Below, in pieces: positions 26,450 to 35,982 of a DNA stretch of 64,000 bases. The notes below the pieces were generated by a model. The model was not told the origin of the DNA. It saw nothing but the letters and a program-made list of their open reading frames with translations, and did not search any database. The position numbers and the translations under genes were made by a program. Position 1 is the first letter of the stretch. Each line of letters begins with the position of its first letter. The stretch is from Parcubacteria group bacterium (lineage in GTDB: Bacteria > Patescibacteriota > Minisyncoccia > JACPHC01), in NCBI GenBank assembly GCA_016188775.1, contig JACPHC010000003.1:344-64343 (forward strand). Reading direction: 5' to 3'.

Positions 26450-26483
26450 GTAATATCTTAAAATAAGATTGAAATGAAAAAAA

Positions 26484-27074
26484 TTATACCCTTTTTCCTT
26501 TTATAATTTCATCAACCACGCCGTAGGTCTTGGCTTCCTCGGCGGACATAAAAAAATCCCGGTCCGTGTCTTTTTGAATTTTAGCCAAACTTTGACCGGT
26601 GTGTTTGGCTAAAATTTGATTAAGTTTGTCGCGGATTTTCAGAATGTGTTTGGCAGAAATTTCTATTTCCACGGCTTGACCTTCGACTCCGCCCATTACT
26701 TGATGGAGTAAAATTTCCGAATTGGGCAAAGCGAATCTTTTGCCTTTTTGGCCGGCGGCCAGCAACACCGCCCCCATGGAAGCGGCATAACCGACGCAAA
26801 AAGTGGAAATTTCCGGTTTAACTAGCTGCATTGTGTCATAAATGGCCAGTCCGGCCGTCACCGAGCCGCCAGGGGAATTGATGTAGAGATGGATATCTTT
26901 TTTTGGATCCTCGTGCTCTAAAAATAAAAGCTGAGCAATAACGATGCTGGCCACGGCATCGGTAATCGGACCGCCTAAAAAGACGATTCGATCTTGAAGA
27001 AGGCGGGAATAAATGTCATAGGCTCGTTCTCCGAATTGCGATTTTTCGATAACGGTTGGGATTAAGTAAGTCAT
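26484..27074 (-). CDS. clpP: ATP-dependent Clp protease proteolytic subunit
   Basis: IVFLGGPI ... [20 protein letters not shown] ... [11 protein letters not shown] ... LHQVMGG. Confidence 0.95.
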   Translation of the reverse strand: MTYLIPTVIEKSQFGERAYDIYSRLLQDRIVFLGGPITDAVASIVIAQLLFLEHEDPKKDIHLYINSPGGSVTAGLAIYDTMQLVKPEISTFCVGYAASMGAVLLAAGQKGKRFALPNSEILLHQVMGGVEGQAVEIEISAKHILKIRDKLNQILAKHTGQSLAKIQKDTDRDFFMSAEEAKTYGVVDEIIKGKRV

Positions 27075-27087
27075 AATTAATAGGTCA

Positions 27088-27220
27088 TAATTAATTAAGC
27101 GAAGGAAATGGATTTTAAAAATCGCAGACGGGGTCGGCCAAAATTTGAATTGCCCGCAGGGCGAAGCAAATTTTGGGGTGAAGGTGATTTTAAAAATCCA
27201 TTTCCGTAGCTTAATTTAAT
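27088..27220. mobile_element. MITE-like or structured element C between tig and clpP, with ~33-bp terminal inverted repeats
   Basis: ATAATTAATTAAGCGAAGGAAATGGATTTTAAAAATC ... GATTTTAAAAATCCATTTCCGTAGCTTAATTTAAT. Confidence 0.5.
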
Positions 27221-28505
27221 CAACTAATTTTTCCAGCAATTGAAAAACTTTTTCGTTTCTTAATACGCCCATAGTATACTCCCGCAAATCTTGAGGGTCA
27301 ATTTTCTTCTGAGCTTGTTGGGGCGAAGAAAAATTTTTTAAGTATTCGTGCATTCTTTCTTCGATTTCTTTTTCTTCCGGCTGAATATTTTTTACTTGTC
27401 CGATTTCTCTTAAAATTAAAGCGATTTTGACCCTTTTTTCCGCTTCTTTTTTCCAATCTTTTTTAATTTCTTCTTTAGTTTTGCCAAGACCAGCCAGATA
27501 ATCTTCTAAATTCAGTCCCATATTGGAAAGGCTGGTTTGAAATTCCGCCATCATTTTTTCGATTTCGTTTTCAATTAAAGTTTCGGGAATTTCAAAATCG
27601 GTTTTATCGGCGACAGCGTTGATTATTTCAAGTCGGATCCGGTCTTTTTCTTTTTGTTCTTTTTCTTGCTTAATTCCTTCCTCAACGCTTTTTTTAAGAC
27701 TAGCGATATCTGAAAATTTACCCAAGTTTTTAACAAATTCATCATTTAGTTCGGGCAAAATTATTTCTTCAACAGCGTTGATTTTCACTTTAAAATCCAC
27801 TATTTTTCCGGCTAATTTTTTTTGATGATAATCTTTCGGAAAAGTAATGGAAAATTCTTTTTCTTCTCCGGTTTTTAAACCAATGAGATTTTTTTCAAAT
27901 TCCGGCAAAAATTTTCCGTCCCCGAGAACAACGGGATGATTTTTTGAAACGCCGTTTTCAATCAGAATTTTATCTATTCGTCCTTCAAAATCAATTTCCA
28001 CCAGATCGCCTTTGATGGCCGGCCGGTCAACTTTTTGGTGTTGAGCTCGGGATTTTTGAAGCCAATGTAAAGTTTTTTCTATCTCTTCGGATTTGACCGT
28101 TATATTTTCCGGCTGTTTTTTAATGGATTTCGCGATGGAATTCCAATCCGGCAAAGAAATTTTTGGCAAGATCGCGGTTTTAGCACGAAAAACTAAAGGA
28201 TTATCCGGCGCGATTTTTAAAATTTCGATCTGCGGGCGGCCAATAGCCGGAATATTTTTTTCCAAAATCGCTTCCGGATAATATTTATGAATAGCCAGTT
28301 CGGCCGCTTTTTCCTCGATTTCAATCGGCTGAATTTTTGTTTTGGCGATTTCCGCCGGAACTTGACCGGGACGAAAACCGTCAATTTTTAAAAGTTTAGC
28401 GAGTTCTGCAAGCGCTTTTTGCCGAAAAGACGCCATCTCTTCGGAATTGAGCTCAAAATTAATTTCAATTTCCGATTGTGGAAGATTTTTAATGTCTATT
28501 TTCAT
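27216..28505 (-). CDS. tig: Trigger factor
   Basis: MKIDIKNLPQSEIEINFEL... with an FKBP-type PPIase region. The track start at 28574 is in a poor context; the internal ATG at 28505 is preferred. Confidence 0.85.
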   Translation of the reverse strand: MKIDIKNLPQSEIEINFELNSEEMASFRQKALAELAKLLKIDGFRPGQVPAEIAKTKIQPIEIEEKAAELAIHKYYPEAILEKNIPAIGRPQIEILKIAPDNPLVFRAKTAILPKISLPDWNSIAKSIKKQPENITVKSEEIEKTLHWLQKSRAQHQKVDRPAIKGDLVEIDFEGRIDKILIENGVSKNHPVVLGDGKFLPEFEKNLIGLKTGEEKEFSITFPKDYHQKKLAGKIVDFKVKINAVEEIILPELNDEFVKNLGKFSDIASLKKSVEEGIKQEKEQKEKDRIRLEIINAVADKTDFEIPETLIENEIEKMMAEFQTSLSNMGLNLEDYLAGLGKTKEEIKKDWKKEAEKRVKIALILREIGQVKNIQPEEKEIEERMHEYLKNFSSPQQAQKKIDPQDLREYTMGVLRNEKVFQLLEKLVD

Positions 28506-28634
28506 GTCAATGTGATTAAAATTTACGAGCCTCAATGCGAAATAAACTTTACTATCACATTGAGCACCCAGCACATAATTTTATATAAGGCTATACTGAA
28601 TTCTCTCTTTCAGTCTTCTTTTTGTTTGACCATG

Positions 28635-28850
28635 CTATTTCAATATCATCTCACGCGCACAAGCGTCTTTTTTGGCTTTATACGCCTCATAATATATTAA
28701 TTCAGGATTCTTAGTTTTATGCTCTTTTAATCTGCGCTGTAAATCATTGGTGTATCCAATATAGATTTCACCTTTGGTTTTATTTTTTAAGATGTATACA
28801 TAGTGCATAAATTTATGTGCTGGGTAAAGGTTTGGTTGCAAAATTTTCAT
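28635..28850 (-). CDS. GIY-YIG domain nuclease (UPF0213-like), 71 aa
   Basis: HYVYILKNKTKGEIYIGYTNDLQRRLKEH. Confidence 0.7.
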   Translation of the reverse strand: MKILQPNLYPAHKFMHYVYILKNKTKGEIYIGYTNDLQRRLKEHKTKNPELIYYEAYKAKKDACAREMILK

Positions 28851-28884
28851 CGCGTTTAGCGCTTGAAAATTTTGACCAAGCCCT

Positions 28885-30834
28885 TTAAAGCAGAGGCGCG
28901 ATAATCACGGCGATAATGGACATTAATTTAATTAAAATATTAAGAGACGGGCCAGCCGTGTCTTTAAAAGGGTCGCCGACCGTATCGCCAATAACCGCGG
29001 CTTTGTGAGGATCGGAACCTTTGCCGCCCAGTTGACCCGACTCAATATATTTTTTGGCGTTATCCCAGGCCCCGCCGGCATTCGCCATCATAATGGCTAA
29101 CAAAAATCCCGAAACCAAAGATCCGATTAAAAAACCTCCCAAAGTTGCTTTGCCAAGCCAGAATCCGATAATAATCGGCGCAATAATGGCCAGCGAACTC
29201 GGGACGACCATTTCTTTTAAAGCCGCGTTGGTGGAAATTGAAACCGTTTTGCCATAGTCCGGTTTTGTTTTCCCTTCAAGAAGGCCGGAAATTTCCCTAA
29301 ATTGTCTTCTTACTTCTTCAACCATTTTCATCGCGGCTTTTCCGACCGCTGACATAGCGAAAGACGAGAAAAGAAAAGGCATTGCCCCGCCGATAAATAA
29401 TCCGATGATCACTTTCGGATCCAAAAGATTAAATATTTTAATTTCAGCCGCTTGGGCAAAACTCGCTATTAAAACTAAAGCGGTTAAAGCAGCCGATCCG
29501 ATGGCAAAACCTTTGCCCACGGCCGCCGTAGTATTGCCGACCGCGTCTAGAGATTCCGCTCGTTCTCTGACTTCGCTGCCCATTCCGGCCATTTCAGCGA
29601 TGCCGGCGGCGTTGTCCGCCACCGGGCCGTAACTATCCGTGGCTAAAGTAATGCCAAGAGTTGAAAGCATGCCTAAAGAGGCGATGGACACGCCGTAAAG
29701 GCCGCCAAAATAATAAGAGCTGTAGATCGCGCCGCAGACAAAAATAACCGGCCAGAGAACGCTTTTCATCCCCAGAGCCAAGCCGGCGATAATATTGGTG
29801 GCCGGGCCGGTTTTGGAAGAAGCGCTTAAATTTCGAGTGGGTTGATATGAAGCCGAAGTGTAATATTGAGTAATAAATCCGATCATAACTCCGGCAAAAA
29901 GTCCGGCGGAAAAAGCCCAAAATAAATCCAAAGATTCGGTGATTCGCTTAATTAAAAAATAAGAAAAAATTGTCGTTAATGCGGTAGCCCAAAATACTCC
30001 CCGATTTAACTGTCTGTCCGGAGATTTTTTGCCGATTTTAACAAAAAGATTGCCCAAAAGGCTGGCGATAATACCCAAAGCGGCCAGTCCCAGCGGCAGA
30101 CTCAAGCCGATTTTTGGACCCAAATAAAAAGTAGAACCTAAAACTATAGCCGCGATAAGAGAATCGGCGTAGGATTCAAATAAATCAGCTCCCATGCCGG
30201 CCACATCGCCGACATTGTCGCCGACATTGTCGGCGATCACCGCCGGATTTCTCGGATCGTCTTCGGGAATGCCAACCTCCACTTTGCCGACAATATCGGC
30301 TCCGATGTCAGCCGCTTTGGTGTAAATACCGCCGCCGACTCGGGCAAAAAGAGCCACCGCCGAAGCGCCAAAACCGAAGCCGAAAATGATATTCGGGTCT
30401 TTAAACAGCCAAAAAAGCGCGATAATTCCTAAAACGCTTAAACTGACAACTGAAAAAGCCATAATCGAACCGGAAGAAAAAGCGATCCAAAGCCCCTTTT
30501 TAATATTTTTTTTGAGCGCTTCGGCGGTTCTGGCGTTGGCCAAAGTCGCCGCTCTCATTCCGATATTCCCGCTGGCTACTGATAATAAGGAACCCAGCGC
30601 GAAAGCAAGAGCTATTTTAAAATCAATGATAAAACCCAAAAAGAGAAAAACAATTAATCCAAAAATTGCCAGTATTCGATATTCTTTTTTCAAAAAAGCC
30701 AAAGCGCCTTCCCGAATGGCCAGGGATATTTCCTCGACTTTTTTTGATTCAATCTTTTGTTTTTTTAATTTCCAAGCCGAAAAAAAGGCAAAGGCCAGAG
30801 AGACTAATGATACGATAAAAGCGAATATAATCAT
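28885..30834 (-). CDS. hppA: Membrane-bound proton (or Na+)-translocating pyrophosphatase
   Basis: [19 protein letters not shown] ... [21 protein letters not shown]; 649 aa and polytopic. Confidence 0.9.
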   Translation of the reverse strand: MIIFAFIVSLVSLAFAFFSAWKLKKQKIESKKVEEISLAIREGALAFLKKEYRILAIFGLIVFLFLGFIIDFKIALAFALGSLLSVASGNIGMRAATLANARTAEALKKNIKKGLWIAFSSGSIMAFSVVSLSVLGIIALFWLFKDPNIIFGFGFGASAVALFARVGGGIYTKAADIGADIVGKVEVGIPEDDPRNPAVIADNVGDNVGDVAGMGADLFESYADSLIAAIVLGSTFYLGPKIGLSLPLGLAALGIIASLLGNLFVKIGKKSPDRQLNRGVFWATALTTIFSYFLIKRITESLDLFWAFSAGLFAGVMIGFITQYYTSASYQPTRNLSASSKTGPATNIIAGLALGMKSVLWPVIFVCGAIYSSYYFGGLYGVSIASLGMLSTLGITLATDSYGPVADNAAGIAEMAGMGSEVRERAESLDAVGNTTAAVGKGFAIGSAALTALVLIASFAQAAEIKIFNLLDPKVIIGLFIGGAMPFLFSSFAMSAVGKAAMKMVEEVRRQFREISGLLEGKTKPDYGKTVSISTNAALKEMVVPSSLAIIAPIIIGFWLGKATLGGFLIGSLVSGFLLAIMMANAGGAWDNAKKYIESGQLGGKGSDPHKAAVIGDTVGDPFKDTAGPSLNILIKLMSIIAVIIAPLL

Positions 30835-30964
30835 AATTGATTTTTAAGCCAAAGCTAATTTTTTCTCTCGCCCTATCTTATTGTCGTTCCGACTTAATCG
30901 AACCCACTGACAACCCGACTAGAAAAAATTAGCTCCCGCTCTTTTATTGTTTATTTTCGATCTT

Positions 30965-32215
30965 TTAATTTTTTTCTTCCGATATTTCTTTTTCACCCGC
31001 CTCGGCTTCTTCTTTCAATCCCTCAATGGCTTCTCCGGTTGATTTAATTCCGACAACATCGATTTTCCAGCCGACAAGACGCGCGGCCAGCCGGACATTT
31101 TGCCCGCCTTTGCCGATTGCCAGAGAAAACTGATCTTCCAAAACTTCGGCTTTGGCATAATGAGTTTTCTCGTCTATTTTGACGTCGAAAATTTTGGCCG
31201 GTGAAAGAGCGTTAGCAATAAATTTGGCTTGGTCTTCGTTCCATTCGATAATATCAATTTTTTCGCCGCCCAGTTCGGATATGACCGTGCCGACTCGGGT
31301 GCCTTTCTGCCCTACCAAGGAGCCGACCGGATCAACGCGTTCTTGGGTTGAAGCAACGGCGATTTTTGTCCGGGAACCGGCTTCCCGAGCAATGGATTTG
31401 ATCACGACCGAGCCAACGGATATTTCTGGCACTTCCAGCTCAAAAAGCCTGGAAACTAACATCGGATGAGTTCGGGAAAGAATAACCCCCGGCCCTTTAA
31501 GGCTTTTTTCCACTCTTAAAATAAAAAATTTGTTGCGCGAACCGATATGATATCTTTCCCCGAAAATTTGTTCTTCCGGAAAAAGAATAGCCTGGGTTTT
31601 GCCGATTAAAACGAAAACTCGCCGGCCTTCGATTCGTTGCACTATGCCGCTGGCCGCTTGTCCTTCTTTATCTTTAAATTCATTATAGATTGTATCGCGT
31701 TCCACTTCGCGAATGCGCTGGATGATGACTTGTTTGGCGGTTTGAGCCGCGATCCGCCCATAGTCGTCTCTCGATTCAAGAGGAAACTCCAGTTCATCTC
31801 CCGGCTTCGCATCTTGTTTGATTTTTTTAGCTTCATCAATCATCATATGCCGTTCCAGGTTAAAGCGAACTCTTTTTTCAGTTATTTCCTCATTTTTTTC
31901 AGATCCAGCTTCAGCCGCCGCTTCTTTAATTTCTTCTTTTTCGCTTTGAACGGCTCTATTTTCAGAAATTTCTTGTTCGATTTCCTCTTCTTTTTTAATC
32001 ATGCTTTCGTCAAGAACGATTTTAATTTGAGAAAATTTGACTTTCCCGGTCTCCGGATCGAGCTTGGCCCGAATGATTTGCTGTTTTTCGCCGTATTCTT
32101 TTTTGTAAGCCGCGGCAATAGCCAGCTCAATGGTGGCAATAACTTGTTCGGATTTAATGCCTTTTTCTTCGGCGATTTGAGCAATGGCTGATAAAAATTG
32201 TTTTTGGTCAATCAT
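30965..32215 (-). CDS. nusA: Transcription termination/antitermination factor NusA
   Basis: N-terminal domain, S1 and two KH regions (VDPVGSLVGQKGTRV...). Confidence 0.9.
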   Translation of the reverse strand: MIDQKQFLSAIAQIAEEKGIKSEQVIATIELAIAAAYKKEYGEKQQIIRAKLDPETGKVKFSQIKIVLDESMIKKEEEIEQEISENRAVQSEKEEIKEAAAEAGSEKNEEITEKRVRFNLERHMMIDEAKKIKQDAKPGDELEFPLESRDDYGRIAAQTAKQVIIQRIREVERDTIYNEFKDKEGQAASGIVQRIEGRRVFVLIGKTQAILFPEEQIFGERYHIGSRNKFFILRVEKSLKGPGVILSRTHPMLVSRLFELEVPEISVGSVVIKSIAREAGSRTKIAVASTQERVDPVGSLVGQKGTRVGTVISELGGEKIDIIEWNEDQAKFIANALSPAKIFDVKIDEKTHYAKAEVLEDQFSLAIGKGGQNVRLAARLVGWKIDVVGIKSTGEAIEGLKEEAEAGEKEISEEKN

Positions 32216-32433
32216 CTCGTCAGAAGCAGACCGCGATCAAAAGATGCAATCTGCTTGTATTATTTTATAATTTCGAATTTGGGTAATATCCGCGTCTATC
32301 CCTAAAAGAAGCGATCGCGGCTTCTATCGGGATCATAATATTAAAAATTAAAGAGCCGTATTTCACGACTCTTTAATTAGGATATATCGCAATTTTTAAA
32401 TTGTCAACTATTTTGCATTATGCACTATTTGTA

Positions 32434-32473
32434 TTTTACATATTTTCAAACGATCGTTTAAAAATATGTAAAA
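32434..32473. repeat. 40-bp palindrome with CGATCG core (TTTTACATATTTTCAAACGATCGTTTAAAAATATGTAAAA)
   Basis: Near-identical to the copy at 44299-44338. Confidence 0.75.
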
Positions 32474-32506
32474 ATAGTTTCGTCAAATTTTGTCGGCGTC
32501 AAATTT

Positions 32507-34141
32507 TTACGGCGCCACTTCTTTAATTATCGGCAAAGGAGATTTGATATTGATAGTTTGAACGCGAGAACAACTGGTAGTTGGCGTTCCGTTATCAACC
32601 GCGTTTAATGAAACAATTTTACTTCCCTTGCTGATAAATTTTCCTCTGGGGTTTTGAGAATTAGCGTTAAAACCGGCGTCAAAAGCAAAGTCGGGGATTA
32701 TCCAGGTCCAAGCCGTGATAGCCGTGGCTCCGCCATTGGGAAAAGTTGTCGCGTCTTGGAAGGTGACGGTTTCGTTGGATGAAGGACTACCGGGCGTGAA
32801 AGTAAAGTCAGTGGCGTGTTTGGGAGTGGTAAAAGTTTCTCCCGCGGCCCAGCCGGAAATATTGTTATTGCTGTCCCAAACCCGAACTTGCCAATAATAA
32901 GTGGAGTTATATTGAAGAGAAGAAGTAAGATTAACTAAAACAATTTCGTTGCTGGCTGCCGTTAAAGTTGTCTGACCGGTATCTATCGCCGGAGTCGTGA
33001 AATTGTTAACAGTATTTAATTGAATTTGATAAGAGGACATCGCGTCCCCGTCAGAATCGGAATAAGTCCAAGAAAAAGTCGGCCTGATCATATTAAGACA
33101 AACATCTCCCGGATTATCGTCAGCGGTTGGGCCGACAGAAGGAGTGGTGACTCCGGTTTCACCGCCGGAGCCGGGCGGATTAGGCGGCTGGTTTTGATTA
33201 GTGGGAGGCAAAACTACTTCTCCGCTGGCAGTAGACGTATTAAGGTCAATCCAGCCCAATCCGGTAAAATCAGTATCCGAAGAACTGCCGGCCCAAGCGT
33301 AATGATTCGAGCTCCCGGCCGCGCCGATTGTGCCGTCGGAATTGATATGAACGCAGTAATTGGCGCAGTTGGAATTAAAATGGACCCAAGAAATAACGCT
33401 TGTATCAGCCACAATTGGCGCCCAGCCGACAATATTGCCAGAAGCGGAATCATATTTGGCTGGAAAATTATCGGCGGCCATACCGGGCGTTAAAATTGAA
33501 TCAAAATCCAGCCAGGCAAATCCGAGAGTATCGTCGCCAATCCAAGCTTTACCCGTGATAGTATTATTGGCAGCCGCGGCGTAATCAACATTAACTCCAT
33601 AATTCACGACTCCGCAATTTCCAGTATTAGAGCAGTTAAAACTGATCCAACCGAGCGGGTTAGTTTGACTGGCGCAACTCAAAATTCCATCGCAATTATC
33701 CGCTCCGATCCAGCCATAACCGGTGACATTGGCATTAGCAACTATAATAAGATCAACAGTGACTATTTGAGGATTATTAGTTGCCGCCGGATCGGATATC
33801 GTGATAGTCGCGGTGTAAGAACCTGGGGCGAGAGTTGTCGTAGAATAAGCCAGTGTTATGCTTTCGGAAGAACTGGAAGGAAGAGAGCCGGAAAGCGGAA
33901 AAAGGTCAAGCCAAGTCGCGTCATCAGAAGCGGTCCAATTAAGAACAGAGCCGTCAGTGGCTGAATTAGTGACAGTTAAAGCTTGATTTGGCGAATTGGT
34001 CCCTTGAGTGGCCGAGGCGGAAAATACCGTGGGAGAAAGGGAAATAGTAGCCGCCGCCATTGCTATTTTCGTTTGAAAAATTAAAATAAACGCAACCGAT
34101 AAAACGATTTGAAAAATTATTATTTTATATTTTTTATTCAT
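32507..34141 (-). CDS. Secreted or surface hypothetical protein (signal peptide; Thr/Ser/Asn-rich)
   Basis: N-terminal signal sequence followed by a low-complexity extracellular-type composition. Confidence 0.45.
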   Translation of the reverse strand: MNKKYKIIIFQIVLSVAFILIFQTKIAMAAATISLSPTVFSASATQGTNSPNQALTVTNSATDGSVLNWTASDDATWLDLFPLSGSLPSSSSESITLAYSTTTLAPGSYTATITISDPAATNNPQIVTVDLIIVANANVTGYGWIGADNCDGILSCASQTNPLGWISFNCSNTGNCGVVNYGVNVDYAAAANNTITGKAWIGDDTLGFAWLDFDSILTPGMAADNFPAKYDSASGNIVGWAPIVADTSVISWVHFNSNCANYCVHINSDGTIGAAGSSNHYAWAGSSSDTDFTGLGWIDLNTSTASGEVVLPPTNQNQPPNPPGSGGETGVTTPSVGPTADDNPGDVCLNMIRPTFSWTYSDSDGDAMSSYQIQLNTVNNFTTPAIDTGQTTLTAASNEIVLVNLTSSLQYNSTYYWQVRVWDSNNNISGWAAGETFTTPKHATDFTFTPGSPSSNETVTFQDATTFPNGGATAITAWTWIIPDFAFDAGFNANSQNPRGKFISKGSKIVSLNAVDNGTPTTSCSRVQTINIKSPLPIIKEVAP

Positions 34142-34145
34142 TTAT

Positions 34146-34559
34146 TTATTCCGCTATTATTTTGCCTTTGGCCTTGGAAATTTTATCTTGAAAATTATAA
34201 GTTTTAATTTCGCGAAAAGAACAGCCGATCGAATCGCCCGGTTTTAATTTAGCATTGCAGCCGACCAATCCTTCCACGAAAAGATTAATTTCTTTTTCGG
34301 ATTTATTGAAAAAATTTACTTGCGAGCCCGCTTTAATTTTTATTTCCAAAGGGAAAAACGCGCCATTTATAAATTCAACGCTATTTAATTGCGGCGGAAT
34401 AAATCTATCTTTGGTTGGCGCCACTTCTTTGGCTGATGGAGTTGATACTGGCGTTGTTATTTTTTCTTTAAAAACAAGCAAATAAACGAGAAAACCGCCG
34501 AGGATAATAATAGCTACAAGGCCGCCTGTTAAAATGGTTTTTTTTGATTCGGAAGACAT
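34146..34559 (-). CDS. Membrane-anchored hypothetical protein
   Basis: Single N-terminal TM helix, LVAIIILGGFLVYLLVF. Confidence 0.4.
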   Translation of the reverse strand: MSSESKKTILTGGLVAIIILGGFLVYLLVFKEKITTPVSTPSAKEVAPTKDRFIPPQLNSVEFINGAFFPLEIKIKAGSQVNFFNKSEKEINLFVEGLVGCNAKLKPGDSIGCSFREIKTYNFQDKISKAKGKIIAE

Positions 34560-34791
34560 TGGAAAGAAAAAATCTTCTCTATTGCTTAGATTTTTTTGCG
34601 TTATTATGGTTTCAACTAATAGATTTCACGCGTTAATATAGCTTCCTGCGTATTGCCTCCGGGAATGTCTATGCGAGCGCCTGCGTTAAAAAATACGAAG
34701 AAATTTTTTTATTAGCTATTGAATTTATAAATTCATTGCGTTAATATCATTATAAATTTTTTGTAATTGGGATGTCAAATTCGGCCTCGTT

Positions 34792-34815
34792 AGCTTCAGC
34801 CCAAGGCTAATCCGC
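34792..34815 (+). pseudogene. Duplicated 5' fragment of tRNA-Lys
   Basis: GCCTCGTTAGCTTCAGCC, compared with the tRNA-Lys 5' end GCCTCGTTAGCTCAATCGGCAG. Confidence 0.4.
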
Positions 34816-34862
34816 CTCGGGCGGACAATTGGCAGCTTCCAATCCTACGAAAAAAATTATTC

Positions 34863-34938
34863 AATCGCCTCGTTAGCTCAATCGGCAGAGCAGCTCCCTC
34901 TTAAGGAGAAGGTTGGAGGTTCGATTCCTCCACGAGGC
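34863..34938 (+). tRNA. tRNA-Lys (anticodon CTT), CCA encoded
   Basis: GCCTCGT-TA-GCTC ... GAGC, anticodon loop CTCTTAA, T arm GGAGG-TTCGATT-CCTCC, acceptor ACGAGGC-A-CCA. Confidence 0.75.
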
Positions 34939-35273
34939 ACCAAAAATAAAAAATACTCATAAAAACTGCCGACTCGCAATAACTTCGTTAATTTAATAAA
35001 AACAATAAATAAATTTTACCCACTTTTACGCTATCGCTGAAATATAGGTAAATTTACAAAAAAACTTGACAAAATTTTTTATAGTAATATAATAAAAATA
35101 TATAAAAAAGTTAATAAGATTTAGGCCTGCGAAAAGCGGGAACCTAAAAAGGAAAGGGCAAAGCTCAAACAAGAGCTCCAGTCTATCCCTAAAGGGCGAC
35201 GGAGTTATTGTTTGAGCTTTTTTGTATAATTAGACCTTTAAAAACAAAGAAACAACTAGAAAGGAGGAGGCAA

Positions 35274-35675
35274 ATGTTTAAAAGAATAATCATAACAGTT
35301 TTGATTATTCTCTTTACTGCAAATATGGCAATTGCCTGGGCTTGCGATAAATCAAACCACGAACTTCCGCCCGCTCCCGACGCCGTGCATCTAATTAATG
35401 AAGGCCATGATATGTGGTTCTACTACAAACTCTATTATGATGACAACGGCCATTATATGACCGCCCATGTCCTCAAACCCGAAACAGGCATTTTACCTGA
35501 TGAAAATGGAGATGTTGAATACTTTGAATTTCCTATTTTCTATTATTGGGATAAAAATGGAAACGGTAAATTCGAGGAAAGTCTAAACGAAATCTGGATT
35601 GATCCGGAGTGGCAAGAAGCGGATGCTGGAAATTGCAAAAACATCAAAATCTATAATGTGTTCCAAGATGAGTAA
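35274..35675 (+). CDS. Small secreted hypothetical protein
   Basis: RBS GAAAGGAGGAGG and the signal peptide MFKRIIITVLIILFTANMAIAWA. The track start at 35208 is upstream of the RBS. Confidence 0.5.
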   Translation: MFKRIIITVLIILFTANMAIAWACDKSNHELPPAPDAVHLINEGHDMWFYYKLYYDDNGHYMTAHVLKPETGILPDENGDVEYFEFPIFYYWDKNGNGKFEESLNEIWIDPEWQEADAGNCKNIKIYNVFQDE

Positions 35676-35688
35676 AAACAACTGAATA

Positions 35689-35716
35689 AAGTCCCGATTA
35701 ATTCAAGTCGGGACTT
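35689..35716 (+). terminator. Rho-independent terminator
   Basis: AAGTCCCGA-TTAATTCAAG-TCGGGACTT, followed by TTAAAATTGTCATTTTT. Confidence 0.6.
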
Positions 35717-35757
35717 TAAAATTGTCATTTTTATTTTTATTTATTGTATTGAAAATT

Positions 35758-35801
35758 AAATTTACACCTTTACGGACGATCGTCCGTAAAGGTGTAAATT
35801 T
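35758..35801. repeat. 44-bp perfect palindrome with CGATCG core (AAATTTACACCTTTACGGACGATCGTCCGTAAAGGTGTAAATTT)
   Basis: Shares the central ACGATCGT with the 32434 and 44299 palindromes; the arms differ. Confidence 0.7.
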
Positions 35802-35845
35802 CAAAAAAATCTAATTAAAAACTATCTAATTAAAAACTAACTTTT

Positions 35846-35960
35846 GCTAATTTTATCCAATCTGACAAGCTTAAATTCTCCGGCCTTAATTTTGGATCAA
35901 GGCCGGATTTTTTCAGCCAAATCTCGACTTTTTCTTTATCAAGGCCGAGGTTTTTAAATC
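35846..35960 (-). pseudogene. Diverged duplicate of the ksgA 3' end (encodes ...GLDPKLRPENLSLSDWIKLAKVSF*) immediately downstream of the functional gene
   Basis: About 115 nt, roughly 80% identical to 35990-36075. Confidence 0.55.
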
Positions 35961-35982
35961 TTACGATGCTAAGCCTCGTAAG
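35960..35982. repeat. REP-like palindrome (copy 6, one mismatch) forming the last codons and stop of ksgA
   Basis: CTTACGATGCTAAGCCTCGTAAG; the minus-strand reading gives ...VLRGLAS*. Confidence 0.75.

Noticed and set aside
30852-30950. 14-bp inverted repeat AGCTAATTTTTTCT ... AGAAAAAATTAGCT between nusA and hppA
   Set aside because: It may be a leader or terminator structure, but the arms are A/T homopolymer-rich, so chance pairing is likely and I could not support a function.
31179-32191. Plus-strand ORFs inside nusA (31179..31469, 31637..32191)
   Set aside because: They are antisense to a strongly supported nusA and have no motifs.
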